Below, one piece after another: positions 34,166-43,014 of a stretch of DNA of 56,999 nucleotides. The notes below the pieces were generated by a model. The model was not told the origin of the DNA. It saw only the letters and a program-made list of their open reading frames with translations, and did no database searches. Made by a program: the position numbers and the translations under genes. Origin of the DNA: Dehalococcoidia bacterium. Lineage in GTDB: Bacteria > Chloroflexota > Dehalococcoidia > UBA2979. Every line of letters starts with the position of its first letter. The first letter of the stretch is position 1. The stretch is from NCBI GenBank assembly GCA_004296805.1, contig SCVR01000175.1, positions 1 through 56,999 of the forward strand, read 5' to 3'.

Positions 34166-34868
34166 CTCGGCTGCCCTGCGGTTCCTGCGCGGTCCGCGCC
34201 GCGCCACCGAGGTCGTGCTGGGTGCGGACGGACGCCTCACGCCAGGCGACGCGCCGCCGGTGTACGAGGGCGACCCGGAGCAGATGGCGCTGGCAGGCGA
34301 CATTGTGGAGGAGGCACGTCGGCGCGCCGAGGAGATTGTCCGTCGCGCGGCCATCGAAGCCGGTGCGATCGAGCGCGACGCACAGGCCGATGGCTACCGG
34401 GCGGGCCTCGAGGCCGGGACGGCAGAGGCCAGGGCGGAACTCGCGGGGGCGATGGCGCTGGTGCAGCGGGCGCTGGCGGCCTCGAAGGCGACGCACGACG
34501 CGCTGTTGCGCGGGGCGGAGCGCGAGGCGGTGGAATTGGTGATCGAGGCGGCACGTCAGGTGATCGGCATGGCTGTGGAGCGCGACCCGGGCCTCGCGGT
34601 GGCGACCGTGAGGCGTGCGTTGGAGCGCGCGGGCGCCCTCAACGTGGTGCGCGTGCGCGTGCATGAGGACGACGAGGCGCTGGTGCAGGCCTCGCTGCTG
34701 GAGGAGCGCGGGTTGGTGCTCCCGTTCGAGGTGGTGAGCGACAGCCTGGTCACGGTCGGCGGCTGCATCATCGACACGGACGCGGGCCGGATCGACGCGC
34801 GCCTCGACGTGCAGTTGGAGCAGATCGCGATCGTGCTGCTGCAGGCGACGCCGGCGGTGGCCGCATGA
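34137..34868 (+). CDS. fliH: Flagellar export apparatus protein FliH
   Basis: Lies between fliG and fliI. It has a Glu/Ala/Arg-rich coiled region (EEARRRAEEIVRRAAIEAGAIERDAQADGYRAGLEAG) and a C-terminal GGCIIDTDAGRIDARLDVQLEQI. The start is uncertain. Confidence 0.75.
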   Translation: MAERKTCLSDSAALRFLRGPRRATEVVLGADGRLTPGDAPPVYEGDPEQMALAGDIVEEARRRAEEIVRRAAIEAGAIERDAQADGYRAGLEAGTAEARAELAGAMALVQRALAASKATHDALLRGAEREAVELVIEAARQVIGMAVERDPGLAVATVRRALERAGALNVVRVRVHEDDEALVQASLLEERGLVLPFEVVSDSLVTVGGCIIDTDAGRIDARLDVQLEQIAIVLLQATPAVAA

Positions 34869-36208
34869 GCGCACCGACGACGCTCCCGACGCGGATCGAC
34901 CTGAAGCGGTACGCCGCCCTCGTGCAGTCGGTGACGCCGATGCGCGTCGAGGGACGGGTGAGCGAGGTGACGGGGTTGCTCGCGGAGGTCGCGGGGATCC
35001 CGGGACGCCTCGGTGAGATGTGTGTCATCGAGCGCGCGGGCGAGTCCGTGCAGGCGGAGATCGTGGGGTTCCGCGGCGACCGGACGCTGGTGATGCCGCT
35101 GGGCGACCTTCGAGGTGTGCAAGCGGGAACGCCGGTGTCGAGCGCGAGCGGGTTGATGACGGTGCCGATCGGGGATGCAGTCCTCGGGCGCGTGCTCGAC
35201 GGCCTCGGGCGACCGATCGATGGGCTCGGCCCGGTGCTTGGCCCTCGGCGGTCGGCGCGCGAGGGCGGGAGCCCGCACGTGCTTGGGCGACAGACGATCA
35301 CCGAGCCGCTCTCGACCGGTGTGCGGGCCATCGACGGCTTACTGACGTGCGGCCTCGGGCAGCGGATCGGGATCTTCGCCGGGTCCGGCGTCGGCAAGAG
35401 CACGGTGCTCGCGATGATCGCGCGGCACGCCTCGACGGATGTGAACGTAATCGGATTGATCGGTGAGCGCGGCCGCGAGGTGCGCGAGTTCATCGAACGC
35501 GACCTGGGGCCGGAAGGGCTGGCACGGTCCGTGGTGGTGGTATCCACCTCCGACGAGCCGGCGCCGATGCGGCTGAACGCGGCCTGGGTGGCGACGACGA
35601 TCGCGGAAGCGTTCCGTGACACGGGCGCAGACGTGACGCTACTGATGGACTCCGTGACGCGCTTCGCGATGGCGGGACGCGAGATCGGTCTGGCGCTCGG
35701 CGAGCCGCCGGCGATGAAGGGCTACACGCCCTCGGTGTTCGCGCAGATGGCGCGGCTACTGGAGCGCGCGGGGACCGGCCTGCAGGGGACGATCACCGCC
35801 TTCTACACCGTGCTGGTCGAGGGCGACGACCTCTCCGAGCCGATCACCGACACGGTGCGCGGCACGCTGGACGGCCACATCGTGCTGTCGCGGTCGCTCG
35901 CGGCGCAGAACCACTATCCGGCGATCGACGTGCTGGCGAGCGTTTCGCGCGTGATGCCCTCGGTGACCTCACGCGAGCACCGGCACGACGCGGGGCGGCT
36001 GCGCGAATTGCTGGCGCGGTACGAGCGCTCGCGCGATCTGGTGCAGATCGGCGCATACCAGCGCGGGACGGACCCGGCGCTGGACGAGGCGCTGGAGCAG
36101 TTGCCGGGCATCGAGGCGTTCCTGCGGCAGACACCGGAGGAGCATGACAGCCTCCCGGGCACCATCGAGCGGCTCACCGGCGCGGTGTATCCCGCGCGTG
36201 TGGCGTAG
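34865..36208 (+). CDS. fliI: Flagellum-specific ATPase FliI
   Basis: Walker A GIFAGSGVGKST, Walker B-region VTLLMDSVTRFA, and F1/T3SS ATPase-like sequence throughout. Its start overlaps the fliH stop (ATGA). Confidence 0.95.
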   Translation: MSAPTTLPTRIDLKRYAALVQSVTPMRVEGRVSEVTGLLAEVAGIPGRLGEMCVIERAGESVQAEIVGFRGDRTLVMPLGDLRGVQAGTPVSSASGLMTVPIGDAVLGRVLDGLGRPIDGLGPVLGPRRSAREGGSPHVLGRQTITEPLSTGVRAIDGLLTCGLGQRIGIFAGSGVGKSTVLAMIARHASTDVNVIGLIGERGREVREFIERDLGPEGLARSVVVVSTSDEPAPMRLNAAWVATTIAEAFRDTGADVTLLMDSVTRFAMAGREIGLALGEPPAMKGYTPSVFAQMARLLERAGTGLQGTITAFYTVLVEGDDLSEPITDTVRGTLDGHIVLSRSLAAQNHYPAIDVLASVSRVMPSVTSREHRHDAGRLRELLARYERSRDLVQIGAYQRGTDPALDEALEQLPGIEAFLRQTPEEHDSLPGTIERLTGAVYPARVA

Positions 36209-36220
36209 GCGAGACGCGCG

Positions 36221-36664
36221 ATGGGCAAGCCGTTCCGCCTGCAGTCACTGCTGGAGTTCCGCCGTCAGGTGGAGGACGAGCAGGCCCGCGCGCTGGGCCA
36301 GGTGTTGGCGGAAGAGCAGCGGATCCGCGAAGCCATCGAGGCGCTGAACCTCCGGCGTGAGGAGCAGACCACGGCGCTGGCGGCGCTGATGTCCGGCGGG
36401 ACGTTCGACACGGAGGGGTACACGCAGCATGCGGCGTACCTGGACGCTCTGGGGCGCACGCTGGACCAGCACGCCTCGGCACTGGATGCGGCGATGGCGC
36501 TCGTGGTGGAGCGCCGGGCGGCGCTGGTGGAGGCGCTGAAGGACCGACGCGTCCTCGAACGGTTGCGCGACCGGCAGGCCGAAGAGGCCGCGGTCGAGGA
36601 CAACCGCCACGAGGCGCGCGATGTGGACGACCTGGTGATGTCACGCCACCAGCGTGGTCAGTAA
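36221..36664 (+). CDS. fliJ: Flagellar export protein FliJ
   Basis: 147-aa coiled-coil: FRLQSLLEFRRQVEDEQARALGQVLAEEQRIREA.... It lies after fliI. Confidence 0.75.
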   Translation: MGKPFRLQSLLEFRRQVEDEQARALGQVLAEEQRIREAIEALNLRREEQTTALAALMSGGTFDTEGYTQHAAYLDALGRTLDQHASALDAAMALVVERRAALVEALKDRRVLERLRDRQAEEAAVEDNRHEARDVDDLVMSRHQRGQ

Positions 36665-36679
36665 GGACAGGAGGCGCAG

Positions 36680-37111
36680 ATGCTCTCCAACATTCTGGGT
36701 GGACAGGCGTTCACGGTGGCGCGGGCAGCCCTCGGGGGGCTCGCGCGGCGACAGGAGGCGATCGCCTCGAACCTCGCGAACATCGATACGCCGGGCTACA
36801 CGCGAAAGGCCGTGGACTTCGAGGCGGCGTTGCGGAACCGGCTGACGTCCGGTGCGGCGGCGGGGGGCCTCGAAGGCGGGTCGTTGTTGCGTACGGATGG
36901 GCGACACCTCGGCCGTCCGGAGTTGCCGGGCAGCAACAGCGGGTCGCAGGCAATGGGACGGGACGTGATCTCGTCACGGAACGACTCGAACTCGGTCAGC
37001 GTGGACGAGGAGATGTCTTTGATGGCGGAGACACAACTTCGCTATCAGGCACTGACTCAGACGGTGGGTACGCGGATGAGCACGCTGCGCAGCGTGATCC
37101 GCGGCCAGTAA
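36680..37111 (+). CDS. flgB: Flagellar basal-body rod protein FlgB
   Basis: RQEAIASNLANIDTPGYTRK...VSVDEEMSLMAETQLRYQALTQ. Confidence 0.85.
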   Translation: MLSNILGGQAFTVARAALGGLARRQEAIASNLANIDTPGYTRKAVDFEAALRNRLTSGAAAGGLEGGSLLRTDGRHLGRPELPGSNSGSQAMGRDVISSRNDSNSVSVDEEMSLMAETQLRYQALTQTVGTRMSTLRSVIRGQ

Positions 37112-37132
37112 CGAAGCGGTAGGAGGACCGTC

Positions 37133-37582
37133 ATGGGACTCATCAGCAGCATGCGGGTGTCCGCCAGCGCCCTGATGGCGCAGCGGCTGCGCATGGACGT
37201 GGTGGCGAACAACGTCGCCAACATGAACTCGACGCGGGCAGCCGACGGCAGCGACGGGCCGTACCGACGCCAGTCGGTGGTGTTCAAGGCGGCGAACGCA
37301 GGCCAGTCGTTCGGTGACGTCCTTGGACGTGCGACGGGCGGCAGCGCGCCGGCAGGTGTTGAGGTGTCCTCGATCCACCTGGACACGGCAGCGCCGCGGA
37401 AGGTGCACGACCCCACCCACCCGGACGCGGATGCAGACGGGTACGTGCTGATGCCGAACATCGATGTGGTCACGGAGATGACCGACCTGGTGGGCGCGAA
37501 CCGCGCGTACGAGGCGAGCGTGACGGTGCTCAACGCGACGAAGGCGCTGGCCCAGGCAGCGTTGCAGATCGGCCGGCGGTAA
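37133..37582 (+). CDS. flgC: Flagellar basal-body rod protein FlgC
   Basis: MRVSASALMAQRLRMDVVANNVANMNSTR...PDADADGYVLMPNIDVVTEMTDLVGANRAYEASV. Confidence 0.9.
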   Translation: MGLISSMRVSASALMAQRLRMDVVANNVANMNSTRAADGSDGPYRRQSVVFKAANAGQSFGDVLGRATGGSAPAGVEVSSIHLDTAAPRKVHDPTHPDADADGYVLMPNIDVVTEMTDLVGANRAYEASVTVLNATKALAQAALQIGRR

Positions 37583-37602
37583 GCGGCGGGCAGGAGGCTC
37601 TC

Positions 37603-37920
37603 ATGGCGATCGGTGGCATTGGTCCGAACCTCAGCGCGCTCGGCCTCGGCGGGGCGCACGGCACGGGCGCGGGTGGCGCGCAGAAAACGACCGACACTGG
37701 CGGCGGGGCGTCCGGTGGCTTCGCGCAGATCCTCGCGGGCCTGAACGGCTCGTCGAACTCGGCGGACGACGCGGTGAGCAAGCTGGCGACTGGGCAGGAC
37801 AACGACCTGCACGACGTGATGCTGTCGGTCGAGAGTGAGGGTTTGGCCTTCGACTTGGCAGTACAGATCCGTAATCGTTTGGTGGACGCGTATTCAGAGA
37901 TCTTCCGGATGCAGGTCTAG
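37603..37920 (+). CDS. fliE: Flagellar hook-basal body complex protein FliE
   Basis: 105 aa. C-terminal LHDVMLSVESEGLAFDLAVQIRNRLVDAYSEIFRMQV matches the FliE signature. Confidence 0.8.
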   Translation: MAIGGIGPNLSALGLGGAHGTGAGGAQKTTDTGGGASGGFAQILAGLNGSSNSADDAVSKLATGQDNDLHDVMLSVESEGLAFDLAVQIRNRLVDAYSEIFRMQV

Positions 37921-37958
37921 GGCCGGGGCCGCCACGCTGTTCGGACGGCGCTCCACGC

Positions 37959-39494
37959 GTGTGCGTGGGGGCCGGAGCGAGGAGCGAGGCACTGACCACA
38001 GCGATCGCAGCAGCCCTGATGGGGCTGTCAGCGCCCGCGGTGGATGCGCCCCCCGGCCCATCGGGTCCCCCTGACGATCAGGGGTTCGCCCGAGCGATGG
38101 ACCGGGCTACGGCGCCCCCATCAGAGGCATCGACCACCCAGGAAGCACCCCCGCCCGAAACGGCGGTCGCAGAGCCCACGGGCGATGCGAGTCACGAGGC
38201 CGGGACGGCCGCCTCACCCACCCAGGAGACCACGACTGCATCGGAGTCCTCGGACACGAGCGCAGTCACCGATGAAACCTCCTCGCTGCCGGACCGCCCC
38301 GCGGGGGCTGCGGAGGAGACACCAGACACCGACGTGCCGTTGGACGGCGCGCTGGAGGCGATGATGGCAGCGGTGCTCTTCCGACCCGCCCCCGCCCCGG
38401 AACAGGCCGGCCTTGCGCCGTCGCTGCCCGATGCGGATGCCGTCGCACCCTCCGGCGGAGCCGATGTCGCACGTGTGATCGAGGCTGCCGTCACAGGGGC
38501 CGCGGCGATCACGAATGATCTGCGTAAGTCCTCGACTGAACCGGTTGACCTCGGCGCCGACATGATCGGGACCGAAGCACCATCGGTCGTGCCCAACGCC
38601 TCGGATGAGGCGCTGGGTGATGCCATGCGACTTGCGGCTCAGGCGATGCAGCGCTCCGCGACCACTCGGGCGAGGGGCACGAGTGTCACGGATGACGCGA
38701 GTGCCACCTCGATCTCTGAGACGGAGATGCCGTCCGACACGATGTCCAACATCATCGAGGTCGGGACGGACGGGGCACCCGTGGTCGTCGCAGATGGCCC
38801 GACAGGGACGAGCTCAACGTCGCTCAGCCTGCTCGAGGGCATGAGCGACGTTGAGTTCGTTGAGGTGCGTGTCGCGGGCCCGCTCACCAGCGCCGTCATC
38901 GATGACCCGTCGAAGGCCGCGGGTGAGCGGGACGAAGCGGCGACGTCGTTACAGGGCACCCTCGCGGGGATGCCGGGTGCGGCGGCCAACGCGGGCGCGA
39001 CGGTTCCGGTGGCTGCGGTGAAGCCGGGCGGGGTGACCTCGCTCCCGGTGGCGGCGCAGGTGGCGGAGACGGTGCGGTCCGCGGTGCTGCGGGGCGACCA
39101 CGAGATCCGGTTGGTGCTGAACCCGGGCGACCTGGGACAGATCGACATCCGGATCTCGCAGCAGGGCGGCGTGCTCCAACTGCGGCTGGAGGCGACGAAG
39201 GGATCCACGCACGACTTGCTCGCGCGGGAGATGCCGGCGTTGCGCCAGGCGCTGGAGGCACGTGACCTACGGATCGAGCGGATCCAGGTATCGAACTCGG
39301 GGTCGACTTCGACGGACGGCTCGGGCTCGGCCTGGGCGCAGGGGTTCGGGCGTCACGGGCAGCAGCGGCAGGCGCGCGACGGTTCGCCGGCGTGGTCTCC
39401 GATCGCGGCACTCGATGGCGCGATCAGCCAGCCCTCGGCGCGTCGGGCGCCGCGGGTGATCCGGCACCACGGGGTGCTGGACCGCGTGGCGTAA
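37959..39494 (+). CDS. fliK: Flagellar hook-length control protein FliK
   Basis: Long low-complexity Ala/Pro/Ser/Thr N-region. The C-terminal Flg_hook-type domain is VLRGDHEIRLVLNPGDLGQIDIRISQQGGVLQLRLEATKGSTHDLLAREMPALRQALE. The start is uncertain. Confidence 0.75.
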   Translation: MCVGAGARSEALTTAIAAALMGLSAPAVDAPPGPSGPPDDQGFARAMDRATAPPSEASTTQEAPPPETAVAEPTGDASHEAGTAASPTQETTTASESSDTSAVTDETSSLPDRPAGAAEETPDTDVPLDGALEAMMAAVLFRPAPAPEQAGLAPSLPDADAVAPSGGADVARVIEAAVTGAAAITNDLRKSSTEPVDLGADMIGTEAPSVVPNASDEALGDAMRLAAQAMQRSATTRARGTSVTDDASATSISETEMPSDTMSNIIEVGTDGAPVVVADGPTGTSSTSLSLLEGMSDVEFVEVRVAGPLTSAVIDDPSKAAGERDEAATSLQGTLAGMPGAAANAGATVPVAAVKPGGVTSLPVAAQVAETVRSAVLRGDHEIRLVLNPGDLGQIDIRISQQGGVLQLRLEATKGSTHDLLAREMPALRQALEARDLRIERIQVSNSGSTSTDGSGSAWAQGFGRHGQQRQARDGSPAWSPIAALDGAISQPSARRAPRVIRHHGVLDRVA

Positions 39495-39508
39495 GCGAGG
39501 AGCAGGCG

Positions 39509-39967
39509 ATGGGCGTTGGCAGCATCAACAACTTCGGGAACACGTTGAACGACGTGCTGAACCAGCCTGCGCAGCGGACGAAGGGCGCTGACCTGGGCCA
39601 GCAGGACTTCCTGAAGATCATGATCGAGCAGATGAAGGGCGCCAACCCGCTCGACGAGAAGAGCGGGGACAACAACCAGTTCTTCGCGCAGTTGGTGCAG
39701 TTCCAGACGCTGGACGCGATGACGGCGATGCAGAAGGCGATCCAGACGCTGTCGGAAGTCAGCGGCCTGAGCCAGGCGGCGTCGCTGGTCGGGAAGACCG
39801 TGAGCGCCTCGGTGACGCGGAGCGCAGACCCGACCACGGGCCTGCCGCGTCCGAACGAGATCGTGAGCGGCGTGGTCCGGCAGGTCACGTTCGGCGAATC
39901 CGGTGCGGTCGTCCACCTGGACGACGGCCGGAGTGTGCCGATGCATGACGTGAAGGCAGTCGGCTAG
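39509..39967 (+). CDS. flgD: Flagellar hook assembly/capping protein FlgD
   Basis: LGQQDFLKIMIEQMKGANPLDEKSGDNNQFFAQLVQFQTLDAM...AASLVGKTV. ATG 39509 follows GAGGAG. Confidence 0.85.
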   Translation: MGVGSINNFGNTLNDVLNQPAQRTKGADLGQQDFLKIMIEQMKGANPLDEKSGDNNQFFAQLVQFQTLDAMTAMQKAIQTLSEVSGLSQAASLVGKTVSASVTRSADPTTGLPRPNEIVSGVVRQVTFGESGAVVHLDDGRSVPMHDVKAVG

Positions 39968-40320
39968 TGGCAAACATCGATGGCGTCGGCGGCATCGCGA
40001 ACGTCGGGGGGTTGCCCTCGCCGTCCGTGGGGACTCCGGCGCGCGCAGCGGGCGCCGGGGAGTTCGGCCTGCAGTTCTCCAAGCACGCACAGAAGCGGCT
40101 GGAGCAGCGCGGGATCGACCTCGATGGCGCCCGGATGGCACGCCTGGAGCAGGCCGTGGGACAGGCGGCGGCGAAGGGCTCTCGGGACAGCCTGATCCTG
40201 CTGGACGAGATGGCACTGGTGGTGAGCGTGCAGAACCGCACGGTCGTCACGGCGATGGACCAGCAGTCAACGAAGGAGCAAGTGTTCACGAACATCGACT
40301 CGGTGGTGATCGCGCCGTAA
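39967..40320 (+). CDS. Small flagellar operon protein (resembles the TIGR02530 family found between flgD and flgE in Firmicutes)
   Basis: 117 aa: FSKHAQKRLEQRGIDLDGARMARLEQAVGQAAAKGSRDSLILLDEMALVVSVQNRTVVTAMD. The GTG start overlaps the flgD stop by 1 nt. The family call comes from position and remembered motif only. Confidence 0.55.
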   Translation: MANIDGVGGIANVGGLPSPSVGTPARAAGAGEFGLQFSKHAQKRLEQRGIDLDGARMARLEQAVGQAAAKGSRDSLILLDEMALVVSVQNRTVVTAMDQQSTKEQVFTNIDSVVIAP

Positions 40321-40456
40321 CCGGCGCAGCAACAAGGACCACTGCACCGGCTGGACCTTCCCAGGGGGCCGGGGCAGACGAACAGTCATACGCAGGGCAT
40401 GCAGACCTCGAGTCGCTCGAGGCGAGCCGGCCCCCGGGGAATGGACAGTACCGGCC

Positions 40457-41740
40457 ATGATGAAGGCACTCTTCGCGGCGATCGCGGGCCTGCAGAACCA
40501 CATCACCTACATGGACGTGGTGGGCAACAACATCGCCAACGTGAACACGCAGGGCTTCAAGGCCAGCCGTGTCACCTTCCAGGACATGCTCACGCAGACG
40601 ATTTCCGGCGCATCCGCGCCGACGGAGACCCGAGGCGGTACGAACCCGCAGCAGGTCGGCCTGGGCATCAAGATCGGCGGCATCGACGTCCTGCACACGC
40701 AGGGTTCGCTGCAGGCCACGGGACGCAACACGGACTTCGCGATCCAGGGCAGCGGGTTCTTCATCATGAAGGACCAGAACCGCACCTTCTACACGCGTGA
40801 CGGCGCGTTCGACATTGCCGTGACCGGCGAGCTGGTGAACCCGACGAACGCGTTCAAGGTGCAGGGCTGGCGCGCGGACACCAACGGCGTGGTGAACATT
40901 GACCAGCCGTTGAACTCGATCATGATCCCGATGGGTCAGAGCATCGCTGCCCAGGCGACCACGCAGGTCACGGTCCAGGGCAACCTGGACGCCGGTGCGA
41001 GCGCCGTGGCGCCGGTGGGGTCGTTCTCGACCACCATCGATGTCTACGACTCGCTCGGTTCCGCGCACGCAGTCACGATTAAGTACTCGAAGACGGTGAA
41101 CCCGAACGAATGGGACGTGACGGCGACGACGTCCGACCCGATGGTGAACGCGCTGACGCTGGATACGGGCGCAGGCGGCACGACGGTGACGTTCGACGCT
41201 CAGGGACGCCGCATCACGCCGGCGCTGGGCACGAAGATGACGATCGACGTGGACCTGCTCACGGCCTCCGGCGCCGGCACCACCGGTACCCCGGCGTTCA
41301 CAGTGGACGTGGACCAGGACTCGATCACGCAGTTCACAGGCCCGGGCAGCGTGGCTCCGACGTTTAACAACGGCTACTCGGCCGGTTCGCTGGTCAGTTT
41401 CTCGGTGGGCCCGGCCGGTGACATCACCGGCATCTTCTCCAACGGGACCACGCGTCCGCTGGGGCAGATCGCCATGGCGCTGTTCACGAACCCGGCGGGC
41501 CTCCAGCGCGCCGGTTCGAACAACTTCGAGTCGACCTCGAACTCCGGAGTGCCCGCGATCGGGCGGCCCAGTTCCGGTGGCCGCGGTTCGATTGGCGCCG
41601 GGGTGCTGGAAGGTTCGAACACAGACCTGGCACGGGAGTTCACCAACGTCGTGATCGCCCAGCGCGGTTTCCAGGCGTCCAGCCGGATCATTTCGACGGC
41701 TGACCAGATGCTCGAAGGTCTGGTGAACCTGATCCGGTAG
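40457..41740 (+). CDS. flgE: Flagellar hook protein FlgE
   Basis: AGLQNHITYMDVVGNNIANVNTQGFKASRVTFQD...GFFIM...FYTRDGAF...GVLEGSNTDLAREFTNVVIAQRGFQASSRIISTADQMLEGLVNL. Confidence 0.9.
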   Translation: MMKALFAAIAGLQNHITYMDVVGNNIANVNTQGFKASRVTFQDMLTQTISGASAPTETRGGTNPQQVGLGIKIGGIDVLHTQGSLQATGRNTDFAIQGSGFFIMKDQNRTFYTRDGAFDIAVTGELVNPTNAFKVQGWRADTNGVVNIDQPLNSIMIPMGQSIAAQATTQVTVQGNLDAGASAVAPVGSFSTTIDVYDSLGSAHAVTIKYSKTVNPNEWDVTATTSDPMVNALTLDTGAGGTTVTFDAQGRRITPALGTKMTIDVDLLTASGAGTTGTPAFTVDVDQDSITQFTGPGSVAPTFNNGYSAGSLVSFSVGPAGDITGIFSNGTTRPLGQIAMALFTNPAGLQRAGSNNFESTSNSGVPAIGRPSSGGRGSIGAGVLEGSNTDLAREFTNVVIAQRGFQASSRIISTADQMLEGLVNLIR

Positions 41741-41877
41741 TCGATCGAATGATCGGTAGGGGGTGCAGGCGGCGCCTCTCCTGTCGATGATTACGGTTGC
41801 AATCCTGCGGTGCGGGGTTCCGTGTGTCCCACGGGACTCCGCGCTCGCGGGCCTCGACGGTGTCGAGGGAGGCATGA

Positions 41878-43014
41878 ATGGCCGCAGAAGCCGAAGGGCT
41901 CAACCGTCTGACGCGCTTCGCGCAGCGTGTCCCCGATGGCGCGCTGATTTACGACCAGGGGGAGGTGCCCCGGCGGATCGTCGTGGTCCTGCGTGGCCAC
42001 CTGCAGTTCGAGGTGGTGGGCGAGGACGGCGTGGTCACGGTGGTGGGCGGTGCGGGCGCGGGGCAGATGGCGGGCCACATCGCGGCTGTGAACGCACGCC
42101 CGACCTCCGCAGCGGCGCGCGCCTCGGAAGAGACGATCCTACTGTCGATCCCCCTCGGCTCTCTCGCCGAGGCATTCAAGGACGCCCCCGGGCTTGCGGT
42201 GCAGCTGGCCGAGGCGCTGGAGGCAGCCGACCGGATCGGGAAGTCGCACACCTCGAACGACGCTCAGCGGCGGGCGGCACGGGACGCCGTGACCATCCCC
42301 GTGCCAGCGGGCGTGGACGAGCAGACGTTCTTCGTGGACATTGCGGACTGCCCGATCTGCGACTCGGCGTTCGAGTACGTCCGGATCCGGACGCGCGGCG
42401 TCCGACCTGCGCACCGCGACTCCGATCTACGGGTGTCATACAACGGCGTCGACCCAACGTGGTACGCGGTCGTGGTCTGCCCGCAGTGTTCGTTCGCCTC
42501 GTACCGTGACGACTTCGACGCGGTCACCCCCGGCGAGCACGACCGGCTGGTCGCGACCACGGCAGACCGGCGCGCGATCTCCGCGAAGGCGATGACCGGA
42601 GCACGCTCAGCACAGGACGCGGAGATCGCCCTCGAACTCGCGATGCGCTCGTATGCCCTGCGGCAACCGAACGAGCGGCGGCAAGCGGTGCTGCTGCATC
42701 GGCGGGCGTGGCTGGCGCGCGCGGCCGATGACACCGTCCGCGAGATGGAGTGGCTCGAGCGTGCGCGCGACGCGTACCAGAGCGCATACGAGCGCGACCC
42801 AGAGGTGGACGAGGACAGCGCGCTGCGGGCGGCTTACCTGATCGGTGACCTGACCTTGCGGCTCGGCGACCCGCGCGCGGCTGGGCGGTGGTTCGAGGTG
42901 TGCACGAAAGCCGGGGCGAGCGAGCAGAGCGGTCTGGTGCGGATGGCGCGCGAACGCCTGCACGATGCCCGCGAGGCCGCGAAGGCGCAGGCGGACGTGG
43001 CGAAGGCCTCCTGA
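41878..43014 (+). CDS. Fusion of a degenerate cyclic-nucleotide-binding-like domain with a DUF2225-like zinc-ribbon/helical-repeat domain
   Basis: The N-terminus follows the cNMP-domain pattern (ALIYDQGEVPRRIVVVLRGHLQFEVVGEDG...GAGQMAGHIAAVNARPTSAAARASEETILLSIP). Here GE is replaced by GH, and the R of R[ST]A is missing. The middle, CPICDSAFEYVRIRTRGVRPAHRDSDLRVSYNGVDPTWYAVVVCPQCSFAS, matches my memory of DUF2225. The C-terminus is TPR-like helical. Confidence 0.65.
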   Translation: MAAEAEGLNRLTRFAQRVPDGALIYDQGEVPRRIVVVLRGHLQFEVVGEDGVVTVVGGAGAGQMAGHIAAVNARPTSAAARASEETILLSIPLGSLAEAFKDAPGLAVQLAEALEAADRIGKSHTSNDAQRRAARDAVTIPVPAGVDEQTFFVDIADCPICDSAFEYVRIRTRGVRPAHRDSDLRVSYNGVDPTWYAVVVCPQCSFASYRDDFDAVTPGEHDRLVATTADRRAISAKAMTGARSAQDAEIALELAMRSYALRQPNERRQAVLLHRRAWLARAADDTVREMEWLERARDAYQSAYERDPEVDEDSALRAAYLIGDLTLRLGDPRAAGRWFEVCTKAGASEQSGLVRMARERLHDAREAAKAQADVAKAS

